Assembly: GCA_965601925.1 (NCBI GenBank) | Contig: OZ271854.1 | Span: 928,001 to 992,000 of the forward strand | Reading direction: 5' to 3' | Length of the DNA: 64,000 nucleotides | Source: Alkalispirochaeta sp. | GTDB lineage: Bacteria > Spirochaetota > Spirochaetia > DSM-27196 > Alkalispirochaetaceae | Shown: positions 9,814 to 18,382 of the stretch, in pieces | Position numbering within the stretch: position 1 is the first letter of the stretch | Layout: each line of letters begins with the position of its first letter | Translations under genes and position numbers: made by a program | The notes under the pieces: model-generated | The model's input: only the letters and a program-made list of their open reading frames with translations | The model's database searches: none | Told to the model about the DNA's origin: nothing

Positions 9814-11340
9814 TTAGTAGTAGTGCACGTCGGTAAACGTGTGTAACGGTTCACCGGTGGCCATGTGCAGAATCTTCTCCTGGCTCGCCTCATCCCGGTC
9901 GATCTCGCCGACCTTGCGTCCCTCGTGCATCACCACGATCCGGTCCGACATCGCAAGAATCTCCGGCAGCTCGGAGGAGACCATAATGATCGCCTTGCCG
10001 CGTCCCGCCAAATCGCCCATCAGGCGATAGATCTCGCTCTTGGCCCCGACATCGATACCCCGCGTCGGCTCGTCGAGAATCAGCACCTCGGGCTCGGTAG
10101 CCAGCCAACGCGACACCAACACCTTCTGCTGATTGCCTCCGCTGAGGTACATCACCAGCTGTTCCAAGCTCGGTGTCTTGATCGCAAGACGGTCCAGCGC
10201 CCGGTCGCAGATCGAACGGATCGCGCGGTGGTCGATAAACGGGCCGTGCATGTGACGCGCTACGCTCGCGATCGCAATGTTGTCGCGAACCGAAAGGTTA
10301 AGGTACGCGCCGGAGCCCTTGCGATCCTCGGTAAGAAAGGCCATGCGGTACCCGATCGCGTCGTGGGGGCTACGGATATCGACCGTCCGGCCGTGGATCT
10401 TAACGGTACCGGCGTGGTGCGGCGTGACACCGAACAGCGCCTCCATCACTTCGGTCCTGCCGGCACCGATCAGACCGGCAAAGCCGAGTATCTCTCCCCG
10501 GCGCACGGAAAAATCGATCTCTTCGAACACTCCGCGACGCGTCAGCCCCTCCACCTCCAACACAACGTCGCCGGGGACCGCCGTCTCCTTGTGGAAAAAA
10601 CTGTCCATCGAACGGCCGACCATCATACGAATGAGCGACTCCTTGGTCAGGTTCGACGATCGATCCGATCCGACATATTCTCCGTCGCGATATACCGTGA
10701 CCTCGTCGGTGACGGCGAACACCTCGTCCATCTTGTGTGTGATGTAGATCACCGCAACTCCGCGCCCCTTGAGGTCGCCGATGATCCGAAAGAGGTGCGC
10801 CACCTCCTTTTCCGTGAGCGCCGAGGTCGGCTCGTCCATGATCACCAACTTGGCGTTGTACGAGACCGCCTTGGCGATCTCGACCAACTGCATCTGCGCC
10901 ACGCTTAGCGTGCCCATCGTATCGGTGGGTCGGAGGTCGATCTGTAGGTCCCGTAGGATCGCCGCGGTCGCGTCGTTGATCGCCTTGTGGTCGATGAGCT
11001 TGAGCTTGGTCAGTTTTTCACGACCGAGAAAGATGTTTTGCGCAACGGTCATATACGGGAGCGGGTTCAACTCCTGGTGAATCATCGAGATGCCCAACGC
11101 GAGCGACTCGTGAATCGTCGACATCGACACCGGCGAACCGCAAAATCGAATGGTCCCGCCGTCCGGGCGGTACAGTCCGATCGCGATCTTCATCAGGGTC
11201 GACTTACCCGCTCCGTTCTCGCCCATCACACCGTGGACCGTCGCCGGCCGGACGCGTAGGTCCACCCCCTTGAGCGCTTTGACGCCGGGAAACGTTTTGA
11301 CGATTCGTTCCAGCTCGAGCACGTAGTCCGACACCGCCAC
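9814..11340 (-). CDS. Monosaccharide ABC transporter ATP-binding protein, RbsA/MglA-like
   Basis: GENGAGKSTL, DEPT, LSGGNQQKV, DEPTRGIDVGAK. Confidence 0.95.
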   Translation of the reverse strand: MAVSDYVLELERIVKTFPGVKALKGVDLRVRPATVHGVMGENGAGKSTLMKIAIGLYRPDGGTIRFCGSPVSMSTIHESLALGISMIHQELNPLPYMTVAQNIFLGREKLTKLKLIDHKAINDATAAILRDLQIDLRPTDTMGTLSVAQMQLVEIAKAVSYNAKLVIMDEPTSALTEKEVAHLFRIIGDLKGRGVAVIYITHKMDEVFAVTDEVTVYRDGEYVGSDRSSNLTKESLIRMMVGRSMDSFFHKETAVPGDVVLEVEGLTRRGVFEEIDFSVRRGEILGFAGLIGAGRTEVMEALFGVTPHHAGTVKIHGRTVDIRSPHDAIGYRMAFLTEDRKGSGAYLNLSVRDNIAIASVARHMHGPFIDHRAIRSICDRALDRLAIKTPSLEQLVMYLSGGNQQKVLVSRWLATEPEVLILDEPTRGIDVGAKSEIYRLMGDLAGRGKAIIMVSSELPEILAMSDRIVVMHEGRKVGEIDRDEASQEKILHMATGEPLHTFTDVHYY

Positions 11341-11416
11341 TCCTCACGCGCCGCCGCGACGCATGCGCTCGGCAGCTCCGGAACCGGAGAAGCCGAGCCG
11401 TCGTCTTGAGAGTTTT

Positions 11417-12349
11417 CTACCGGTAGTCCCCGTAGTTATCGCCGGTGACCGGCTCGAACGGGATCTCGACAAAGTTGTCGACCGCCTCGCCGTTAACCAG
11501 CCGCAACGCGGTATCGACCGCGCCGCGCCCCTGGGCGCCCGCATTTTGAAAGACCGTCATATCCAGACGGCCGGATGCGATAAACTGAAGCGCATCGGGG
11601 GTTGCGTCCACGCCGGTTACGATCACCTGGTCCTTGAGCCCGGCCTCCTCGAGCACGAGAACCGCGCCGATCGCCATTTCGTCGTTGTTGGCGATAATCG
11701 CGTCGATCCGATCGCCGCTGTTGAGCCAGTTTTCAACGACGGCGACCGCCTCGGCGCGTTGGAAATCGGCGGTTTGCTCACGAATCACGGAGATATCGGG
11801 GTACTGGGCAAAGGCGTCTTTTGCTCCCTGGGTACGACCGATCTGCGGTGCGGAACCCATCGAACCCATCAGGATCGCCACGTTGCCTCGACCGCCCAGC
11901 TCGCCGGCGACAAACGCCGCCTGCAACGCACCGGCCACCGGCTCCGGCGACGCGACGGCGACGATCAGGTCACCCTCGAGTGCCGTATCGTCGGGGCGAC
12001 GGTTGACATACACCATCGGAATGCCCGCCTCGCGCGCCTGGCGGCTCATCTCGGGTGCCAAGGTCTGATCGATCACATGGATAATGATCGCATCGACGCC
12101 CTGGGTAATGAAGTTCTCCACCTGCTGCAACTGCTGGTTGGGATCGCGATCTCCGTTGGCGGCGCTCACCGTTACGCCACGCGACTCGGCCTCATCCATC
12201 AGCTCGTCGAGTAGAAAGCGCATAAACACGTCGTTGAAGTCCTCGATCGTGACACCGAGGGTAATCTCGCCGTCCTCCCCACTTCCGGCGGCAAAGAGGG
12301 GGCTCGCAACGATCAGCGACATGCACACGAACGTTAGCAGTCGTCTCAT
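11417..12349 (-). CDS. Sugar (inositol) ABC transporter substrate-binding protein
   Basis: Signal peptide; QLQQVENFITQGVDAIII, YVNR, ANNDEMAIGA, GVDAT, TVFQ. Confidence 0.92.
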   Translation of the reverse strand: MRRLLTFVCMSLIVASPLFAAGSGEDGEITLGVTIEDFNDVFMRFLLDELMDEAESRGVTVSAANGDRDPNQQLQQVENFITQGVDAIIIHVIDQTLAPEMSRQAREAGIPMVYVNRRPDDTALEGDLIVAVASPEPVAGALQAAFVAGELGGRGNVAILMGSMGSAPQIGRTQGAKDAFAQYPDISVIREQTADFQRAEAVAVVENWLNSGDRIDAIIANNDEMAIGAVLVLEEAGLKDQVIVTGVDATPDALQFIASGRLDMTVFQNAGAQGRGAVDTALRLVNGEAVDNFVEIPFEPVTGDNYGDYR

Positions 12350-12375
12350 GCTGTCCTCCTTATTGGAATAACTTC

Positions 12376-12423
12376 AGCGTAGGAGCACTTTGTGCAGTTG
12401 TCAATGAAAAACAAACGTTTGCA
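12376..12423 (-). promoter_or_regulatory. Sigma70-like promoter of the iol ABC operon with adjacent LacI-type operator
   Basis: Minus strand TTGACA (12404-12399), 17-bp spacer, TACGCT (12381-12376); palindrome CAAACGTTTG at 12412-12421. The divergent intergenic region is very AT-rich. Confidence 0.65.
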
Positions 12424-12598
12424 TTCAAAAAAACGATTTCAAGATGAAATGTTATTATTTATAATACAATAATTTATTAACGATTAACAGTGGATCAAGA
12501 GTGTTTTCAAATTGCCTCTATGCAAACGCTGCTTTGCAAACTTGCAAAAAGCGGTCAACAGAGGTAGGCTGCATTCTCGGAGGGAAGGAGGACATGTT

Positions 12599-13498
12599 GT
12601 GATTCGTATCGCCAACGCGCCGTGTTCTTGGGGCGTTTTAGAGTTCGATCTGGCCGGTGAGACGGTCGACTACCGGCAATTCTTGAATGAGCTCGTGGAG
12701 ACCGGCTATGCCGGAACGGAGTTGGGCGATTGGGGATTTATGCCTACCGATGCCGCGGCACTGGGCGACGAGCTTCGGGCGCGAAACGTCGAGTTGGTCG
12801 GCGCGTTCGTACCGATGGCGTTGGCCGACCCGACGCGTCACGAAGAGGGTATTCGGGCCGGGGAGCGGACCGGATCGCTAATGGCGTCCGCCGGCTTTCC
12901 GGAGGCGTTGGTGGTCCTCGCCGACGACAACGGCACCGTCGCCGCGCGCACGGACAACGCGGGACGTGTCACGCCCGATACCGCCCTGGACGCCGACGAC
13001 TGGCGGCGCGTCACCGATGCGACGGCGCTGTTTGCACGCCGGGTTCGTGACGCGTCCGGCCTATCGACCGTCTTCCACCACCACTGCGCCGGCTATGTCG
13101 AAACGCCGGCCGAGATCGAAAAACTACTGGCCTCCACATCGGAGGAGACGTTGGGATTGGTGCTCGATATGGGACACTACCGGTTTGCCGGAGGGTATCC
13201 GGAAGCCGCGTTACGCTTGTTCGGCGATCGTATCCGACACATCCATTACAAGGACTGTTCGACGCAGCTTGCGGCGCAATCGCGAGCCGAAGGGTGGGAC
13301 TACTTCACGTCGGTCGGCAAAGGCGTCTTCTGCGAGCTGGGCACCGGTACGGTCGATTTTGCCGCTATCACCGCGGAGCTGACCCGCAGAGGATACGACG
13401 GATGGATCGTCGTCGAGCAGGACGTGCTCCCGGGTATGGGTAGTCCCAAGGAGACGGCGCGTCGCAATCGAGCGTTCCTGAACTCTCTTGGGTTGTAG
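12599..13498 (+). CDS. iolE: myo-inosose-2 dehydratase-like TIM-barrel protein
   Basis: GTG start after GGAGG; IANAPCSWG, GTELG, FHHH, LDMGH, HIHYKD, GWIVVEQD. Confidence 0.8.
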   Translation: MIRIANAPCSWGVLEFDLAGETVDYRQFLNELVETGYAGTELGDWGFMPTDAAALGDELRARNVELVGAFVPMALADPTRHEEGIRAGERTGSLMASAGFPEALVVLADDNGTVAARTDNAGRVTPDTALDADDWRRVTDATALFARRVRDASGLSTVFHHHCAGYVETPAEIEKLLASTSEETLGLVLDMGHYRFAGGYPEAALRLFGDRIRHIHYKDCSTQLAAQSRAEGWDYFTSVGKGVFCELGTGTVDFAAITAELTRRGYDGWIVVEQDVLPGMGSPKETARRNRAFLNSLGL

Positions 13499-13542
13499 CC
13501 GCCGGCCCGACGGAGCGAGGGGATGCGCTTCGGTGGGCGAAC

Positions 13543-14736
13543 CTACGTATGTCGCGGTTGCACGCTCTCGTCCAGTATCGGCAACTCCTCAAAATCACCG
13601 ATCGTGACGAGATACATATTCGAGTATGCCGTAAGGTCCGACGTGTAGAGGATGCTCCTTCCATCGGGTGTAAACCGCGGGTGGGGGTGGGCGTGCTGGT
13701 CGTTGAAAGTGCTGCGATGATAGGCGAGGATGCGCGGTCCCTCGTACGCCGTACCGTTCCATCGAAAGAGCTGAATAAAGGGCTGCGCGACTCCCTGATG
13801 GGTGAAGACCGCCGCCGGCGAGCCGTCTCCCACCACGAGCGATTCGTCCAAACTGTGAAAGTGGGTCGAGCGGAAGGGGAAGTGCCGCTCCACGTGATCT
13901 CGGTTGTCCCACGTGATGAATCCGAAGACGTGATCCCCCGTACCGTCGCGTCGCGCCCCGTGGTAGCCGATCCGCCGTCCGTCGGCAAACCAGTACTCGT
14001 GTCCCACCGCCAAGTCGAGGCCGTCGTCCTGGGGGCGGATCTTCCACGACTCGCCGGTCTCGATATTGAGCCCCCAGATGCGCTGCTCGACGAGGTCCCA
14101 CGGACCCTCGTGACAGAAGGTCATGATCCGCGGCAATGAGGGTGAGGTGTTGAGGTGCGTGATATATCGACGGTCCTCGTGCAGTACCTCCGTCTCTCCC
14201 GTTTGCACATCGGTCCGCGTGATGCGGGTGAGGGGGCGTCCGTCGTAGAGTCTCCTGAAGCCGGAGTAAGAGAAGGTGATCCCCCCGTCTCCCGACTCGA
14301 TCGGTTCCTGGAGCTTGCTGATCACGTAGCGACCGTCGGCGGTCGGGTTGGCACGCTCCCCGGGGTCCATGCCTTGGGGTGCCTCGTAGATCGTCCGCTC
14401 GTCACGGCTCGCGGGATCGAGTTCCATCAATCGTCGTCCGTCCCAGAAGTAGAGGCGCGCGTTTGCCTCGCTCCAGCAGGCGTGGGGGCGCCGACGCTCG
14501 GTAAAATCGGTCAGCTGGGTAATCGCGTAGTCGTCGAGATCGTAGCGGTAGATGTTGCTCCGGTTCCCACGGTCGGAGGTGAACAGGAACGAACGGCCCG
14601 ATGCGAGCCAGCACGGATCGGTAAAGTAGAAGTGGTTGGAATGTCCCAAGTAGTCGGTCAGACGAGTTATCTCCCGCCCGCTGTACTCGTCGCGATACCG
14701 AAGAATCGGGTCGCGATAGACGGTGCCTTTTGCCAT
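13543..14736 (-). CDS. Oligogalacturonate lyase (PL22/Ogl)-family beta-propeller
   Basis: ITRLTD..GHSNHFYFTDP, FCHEGPWDLVEQRIW, VGHEYW, HPHPRFTPDGR.ILYTSD. Confidence 0.85.
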   Translation of the reverse strand: MAKGTVYRDPILRYRDEYSGREITRLTDYLGHSNHFYFTDPCWLASGRSFLFTSDRGNRSNIYRYDLDDYAITQLTDFTERRRPHACWSEANARLYFWDGRRLMELDPASRDERTIYEAPQGMDPGERANPTADGRYVISKLQEPIESGDGGITFSYSGFRRLYDGRPLTRITRTDVQTGETEVLHEDRRYITHLNTSPSLPRIMTFCHEGPWDLVEQRIWGLNIETGESWKIRPQDDGLDLAVGHEYWFADGRRIGYHGARRDGTGDHVFGFITWDNRDHVERHFPFRSTHFHSLDESLVVGDGSPAAVFTHQGVAQPFIQLFRWNGTAYEGPRILAYHRSTFNDQHAHPHPRFTPDGRSILYTSDLTAYSNMYLVTIGDFEELPILDESVQPRHT

Positions 14737-14742
14737 ATGCCC

Positions 14743-15474
14743 TCACAGTCCCTCGCCGCGGAGAAACTCCACAAACGGACCGGGGCGGTCGAGATTGACC
14801 ATATCGTAGTTCAACTCGACGACCCTCCGGTACAACGCGTGGAGCTCCTCGGCGTTCGCGGCGCTCTTTCCAAAGACGTTCGCCATCATCTTTATACCCA
14901 GCTCGCGACAGGCCGCCGCCACCGCCGGCGTCGCCTCGTTCGGCCCCTGTTCGACGATCTGATGGTCGAAGAGCGCTTTGTGGCGGCGCACATCCTCAGG
15001 GGTGCGACTGTTCATCTTGAGCGGAATGTCCGGCGCCAGCGCGCGAAACCGCTGCGCTCTGCGATCGAAGGGAAACCAAAAGAAGACGTGGGCCTCCATG
15101 CCGCGCTCGCGAATCATCCGCACGATACGGCGAAGACTGCCAGCCTTGACGTCCAAGTAGACCTTTGTACGGCCTCGTGCCCAGTCCAGGAACGCCTCCA
15201 GACGCGGCACACGCTCCCCCGCAAACTCGGGTGAGAACCACGACCCGGCGTCGAGGCGATCGATGTAGCGCGACGTCCGCAGAGCGATGGGACCGGTGCC
15301 GTCGGTGGTGCGGTTGAGGGTGGGATCGTGCATGACGTAGTGCTCGCCGTCCAGGCTTCGCCAGACGTCGATCTCTACGTAGTCCGCTCCCAGATCGACG
15401 CACGCTTGGGCGGAGGCCATGGTGTTCTCCGGAGCGATGTCGGCCGCCCCGCGGTGCACGACGATTTCCATCAC
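14743..15474 (-). CDS. Glycerophosphodiester phosphodiesterase family protein
   Basis: HRGAADIAPENT, YVEIDV, VMHDPTLNRTTDG, LDAGSWFSPEFAGERVPRL. Confidence 0.9.
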   Translation of the reverse strand: MMEIVVHRGAADIAPENTMASAQACVDLGADYVEIDVWRSLDGEHYVMHDPTLNRTTDGTGPIALRTSRYIDRLDAGSWFSPEFAGERVPRLEAFLDWARGRTKVYLDVKAGSLRRIVRMIRERGMEAHVFFWFPFDRRAQRFRALAPDIPLKMNSRTPEDVRRHKALFDHQIVEQGPNEATPAVAAACRELGIKMMANVFGKSAANAEELHALYRRVVELNYDMVNLDRPGPFVEFLRGEGL

Positions 15475-17231
15475 GCTCCGGTTCCCCTCTCTCGCGAACC
15501 GGGGCGACCGCTGAGCGTGAGTATCGCGGTACCCGGTACGAGAAACGATCCGTGGATAATCTGAAGCGGCGGACGGTGTTTCTCACGCTCCATGGCACGT
15601 CGCATCCGGTCGTGGTCGCCGTAGTCGCGCTCCGCCGGAATCCACGGGTCGCCGCGCTGTGCCTCCAAGGTGATGTCGATCTGTGATGTACCGTTCTCGA
15701 CCGTCGCGCGGCGGGGCTCCGCGTTCCACCCCTCCACCTCGACGGCGGATTCCGGATCGACGGCGATCTCGACGCACAACGCGACCGCCGTAGTCGAGCG
15801 CCCCTCGAAGGCGACCTCACACCGAGATCCGGCGCTGCGGACTGCAATGGAGAGTCCCACGGACTGTACGTTGGAACGCGCCCGCTCCGGGAGATCCGTT
15901 GCGCTCCAGAAACGACCGTCGCCGGTGGTAAGCGCATAGCGACCGTCGGGGCGCCGTTTTTCCGGCGGGAGCGGCTGGAAGTAACCGACCTCGCGCGCCG
16001 CTTCCAACCGGCACAGGCCGGCACCGGGCGACACCATACGGGGGCGCAGATAGCCGATGTTGAAGAATCGCGGCACGATACGCACCCAACGGATCGACGC
16101 CGGACCGACACAAAAGGTGAGGAAGGTCGGGTTACCGGCACGCCCCGAGACCTCCGGCGTCACCTCGCCGTCGCTCCAGCGGTCGTGCCCTCCGAAGATC
16201 GTGACCGCTACCTCTCCGCGTCGCTCCCGGTAGAGGCCCGACTCCGCGAAGATAGCGGCAAAGTCGGTAGGCACCGTGGCCGTATCGCCGCCGGGCAGCG
16301 CGGCCCTCATCGCGGGAAAGGCAAAAAAGGCGATCGCGTGGCCGGAGAGAGGGGTGCCGTGGTCACCGTTCCAACGCTCCAAGGAGCGCGCGGCCGCAGC
16401 GAAGCGCGGATTGCCGTCTATGGCGGCCAAGACCCGCAACGGCACGTAGTAGTTGAACCACCGGAGGGTCGTGTCGTACTGGTCTTGCCGCCGAGAGGCG
16501 GTGGTGTCGATGCGCCCGTCGGGCTGGGCTAAGAGGAGTGTCGTCTCCAAATTGCGGCGCACCGGTTCCAACAGCTCGTCTCGTCCCAACAGGAGGGCGA
16601 CGTTGAGGAGCGCCGAGGAGGACACTGCGGAGTAAATGCCCGAGCTGTGCTCCGAGTACTGACCGTCCTCGTCGATGTCGATACCTTCGGTGAGCCACTC
16701 ATCGATCCGAGCGAGATACTCCGACCTCCCGTAGAGACGGTAGGCAAAGGCGAGGGCCGAGGAGACGACCCACCGGTGGTTGGGAGTGTGCACGCCCCCG
16801 GTCACGAGGGCGGTGGCGGCACGACGCATGAACTCGTTCGCCCCGGCGACGACATCGGCGAGGGCGGGCGAAGGAATCTGTGTGCCGTAGACCTCCCGGA
16901 GTGCGAGGAGCGCGGCGCCGACGGTCTCCATCACGAACCCCGTATCCGGCGGCGTCCTGATATTGGACCCGTCGATCGTACCGTCGGGGTTCTGCAGCGC
17001 CAGAAGCGACCGGGCGTCGGCGGCGATCTCCCGCGCGAGTGCTTCACGTTCTTCGCCGCCTTCGCCCCGCACCCCGGTGAGGCCGAGGTAGCGGACCACG
17101 CCGGCGCAGACGGCGCCACCAATCGGCCGCGCCCCTGCGCCGGCGCGCACGGCGGAAGAGTACGTCACGGCGTCGATAATCGCGCGAGCCCCTCGATCGA
17201 GACTGCGTACGAGATCATGTTTCGCGTTCAC
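15471..17231 (-). CDS. Uncharacterised protein, probable alpha/alpha-toroid (heparinase II/III- or lyase-like)
   Basis: HTPNHRWVV and IDEDGQYSEHSSGIY resemble the NH and DG.Y.E.S..Y motifs of heparinase II/III-like proteins; overlaps both neighbours. Confidence 0.55.
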   Translation of the reverse strand: MNAKHDLVRSLDRGARAIIDAVTYSSAVRAGAGARPIGGAVCAGVVRYLGLTGVRGEGGEEREALAREIAADARSLLALQNPDGTIDGSNIRTPPDTGFVMETVGAALLALREVYGTQIPSPALADVVAGANEFMRRAATALVTGGVHTPNHRWVVSSALAFAYRLYGRSEYLARIDEWLTEGIDIDEDGQYSEHSSGIYSAVSSSALLNVALLLGRDELLEPVRRNLETTLLLAQPDGRIDTTASRRQDQYDTTLRWFNYYVPLRVLAAIDGNPRFAAAARSLERWNGDHGTPLSGHAIAFFAFPAMRAALPGGDTATVPTDFAAIFAESGLYRERRGEVAVTIFGGHDRWSDGEVTPEVSGRAGNPTFLTFCVGPASIRWVRIVPRFFNIGYLRPRMVSPGAGLCRLEAAREVGYFQPLPPEKRRPDGRYALTTGDGRFWSATDLPERARSNVQSVGLSIAVRSAGSRCEVAFEGRSTTAVALCVEIAVDPESAVEVEGWNAEPRRATVENGTSQIDITLEAQRGDPWIPAERDYGDHDRMRRAMEREKHRPPLQIIHGSFLVPGTAILTLSGRPGSRERGTGA

Positions 17232-18142
17232 GTATGCGCTCCTTCTCGTTCCGCCTCGAGTCGCTCGATTAAGGAGAGCAATTCGAGCGGTTTCTTGATC
17301 GTATGGTCCGGAACCTCGCTCGAGTCCGCCGGTACCTTCGCACGTCTGGGGGCCCAGTCGAGCCAGACGGAGGTGAGCCCCTCGTCGTTCGCTCCTTTGA
17401 TATCGCGAAAGAGATTGTTACCGACCATGACGACGTTGTGACGCTCGTCGGCGGGAATATCGAGGGCGTCGAGGGCCGTGCGGAACATGCGTGCATCGGG
17501 CTTGAGAGCCCCAACCTCACCGGAGATGGCGTAGGCGTCGAAGAGCCGCCAGAGGCCGCGGGGTTTCAGGACGTTCTCGAACGTTGCACGCGGGCCGTCG
17601 GCGACGAGCGCCAAGGTATGGCCCCTCCGCTTGAGGCGCCGCACCATCCGCGCGGCCCCGGGAATGAGCCGAGCGTTCCGGGTAACACCGTCGGCGTCCT
17701 TCACCTCCGTTCCCTCGTCGGCAATGGTGTCGCCGCAATCGAGGAAGACGACGATACGTCGCAGCCGCGGCTCGGGTCCCACCAAACCTTCGATCGCCTC
17801 GTTCTGCAGGCGGTCACGCATCGTCGTCAGCGACCGGAGTAGCTCCCTGCGCGACGTTTCGTCCGCGAAGGCCGGCGACCGTGTGAAATGAGTGATCAGC
17901 TTCTCGATACGCCGGTTCGCCTCCTCGCGAGCCTGCGCTTCGGCCCCAGGATGAGACGTCTCGAGCTCCTGAGAGACCCACGAGCGGGGTATCCGGCCGG
18001 TGGCATAGATCATCTGTGCGACGCGATGGGTGTAAAGGGTGCTCCTGCCCACCGCCCCACCGACAAAACGTGACAGTCCATGAACTCCAAATGCGAGGCC
18101 GAAGACGACGAGGAGAAAGAGTACGAGTGTCCACCACAGCAT
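17228..18142 (-). CDS. HAD-family hydrolase fused to an N-terminal membrane-anchored domain
   Basis: N-terminal hydrophobic helix; C-terminal half has FLDCGDT, KPDARMF, MVGNNLFRDIKGAN. Confidence 0.8.
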   Translation of the reverse strand: MLWWTLVLFLLVVFGLAFGVHGLSRFVGGAVGRSTLYTHRVAQMIYATGRIPRSWVSQELETSHPGAEAQAREEANRRIEKLITHFTRSPAFADETSRRELLRSLTTMRDRLQNEAIEGLVGPEPRLRRIVVFLDCGDTIADEGTEVKDADGVTRNARLIPGAARMVRRLKRRGHTLALVADGPRATFENVLKPRGLWRLFDAYAISGEVGALKPDARMFRTALDALDIPADERHNVVMVGNNLFRDIKGANDEGLTSVWLDWAPRRAKVPADSSEVPDHTIKKPLELLSLIERLEAEREGAHT

Positions 18143-18198
18143 CCGACCCTCCGTTCTGAAAAACGCAACTAAGCTATCATGCGTTATATTGTGAATTC

Positions 18199-18220
18199 TT
18201 GCAAACGTTTGCTATTGACA
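18199..18220 (+). promoter_or_regulatory. LacI-type operator abutting the -35 box in a divergent promoter
   Basis: Perfect palindrome GCAAACGTTTGC (18201-18212) next to TTGACA (18215-18220); a weaker GGAATCGTTTGCA lies near 18354-18366. Confidence 0.7.
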
Positions 18221-18382
18221 GCAAAGAAAAGTGGCCTCAGGATGAATTTCGCACGGTGAGGGAGTAAGCGACCGTCTCTAACGGCGGCGTCATATCACCA
18301 TGCCACGGTGAATCGCGCACATGCGGATGCACGGTTGCCGTTCATTCTTTTTCGGAATCGTTTGCAAAAAGGGAGGTACGAC

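Noticed and set aside
18221..18382. Long 5' leader of the family-5 SBP as a riboswitch
   Set aside because: No recognisable aptamer consensus or terminator by eye; an Rfam scan would be needed.
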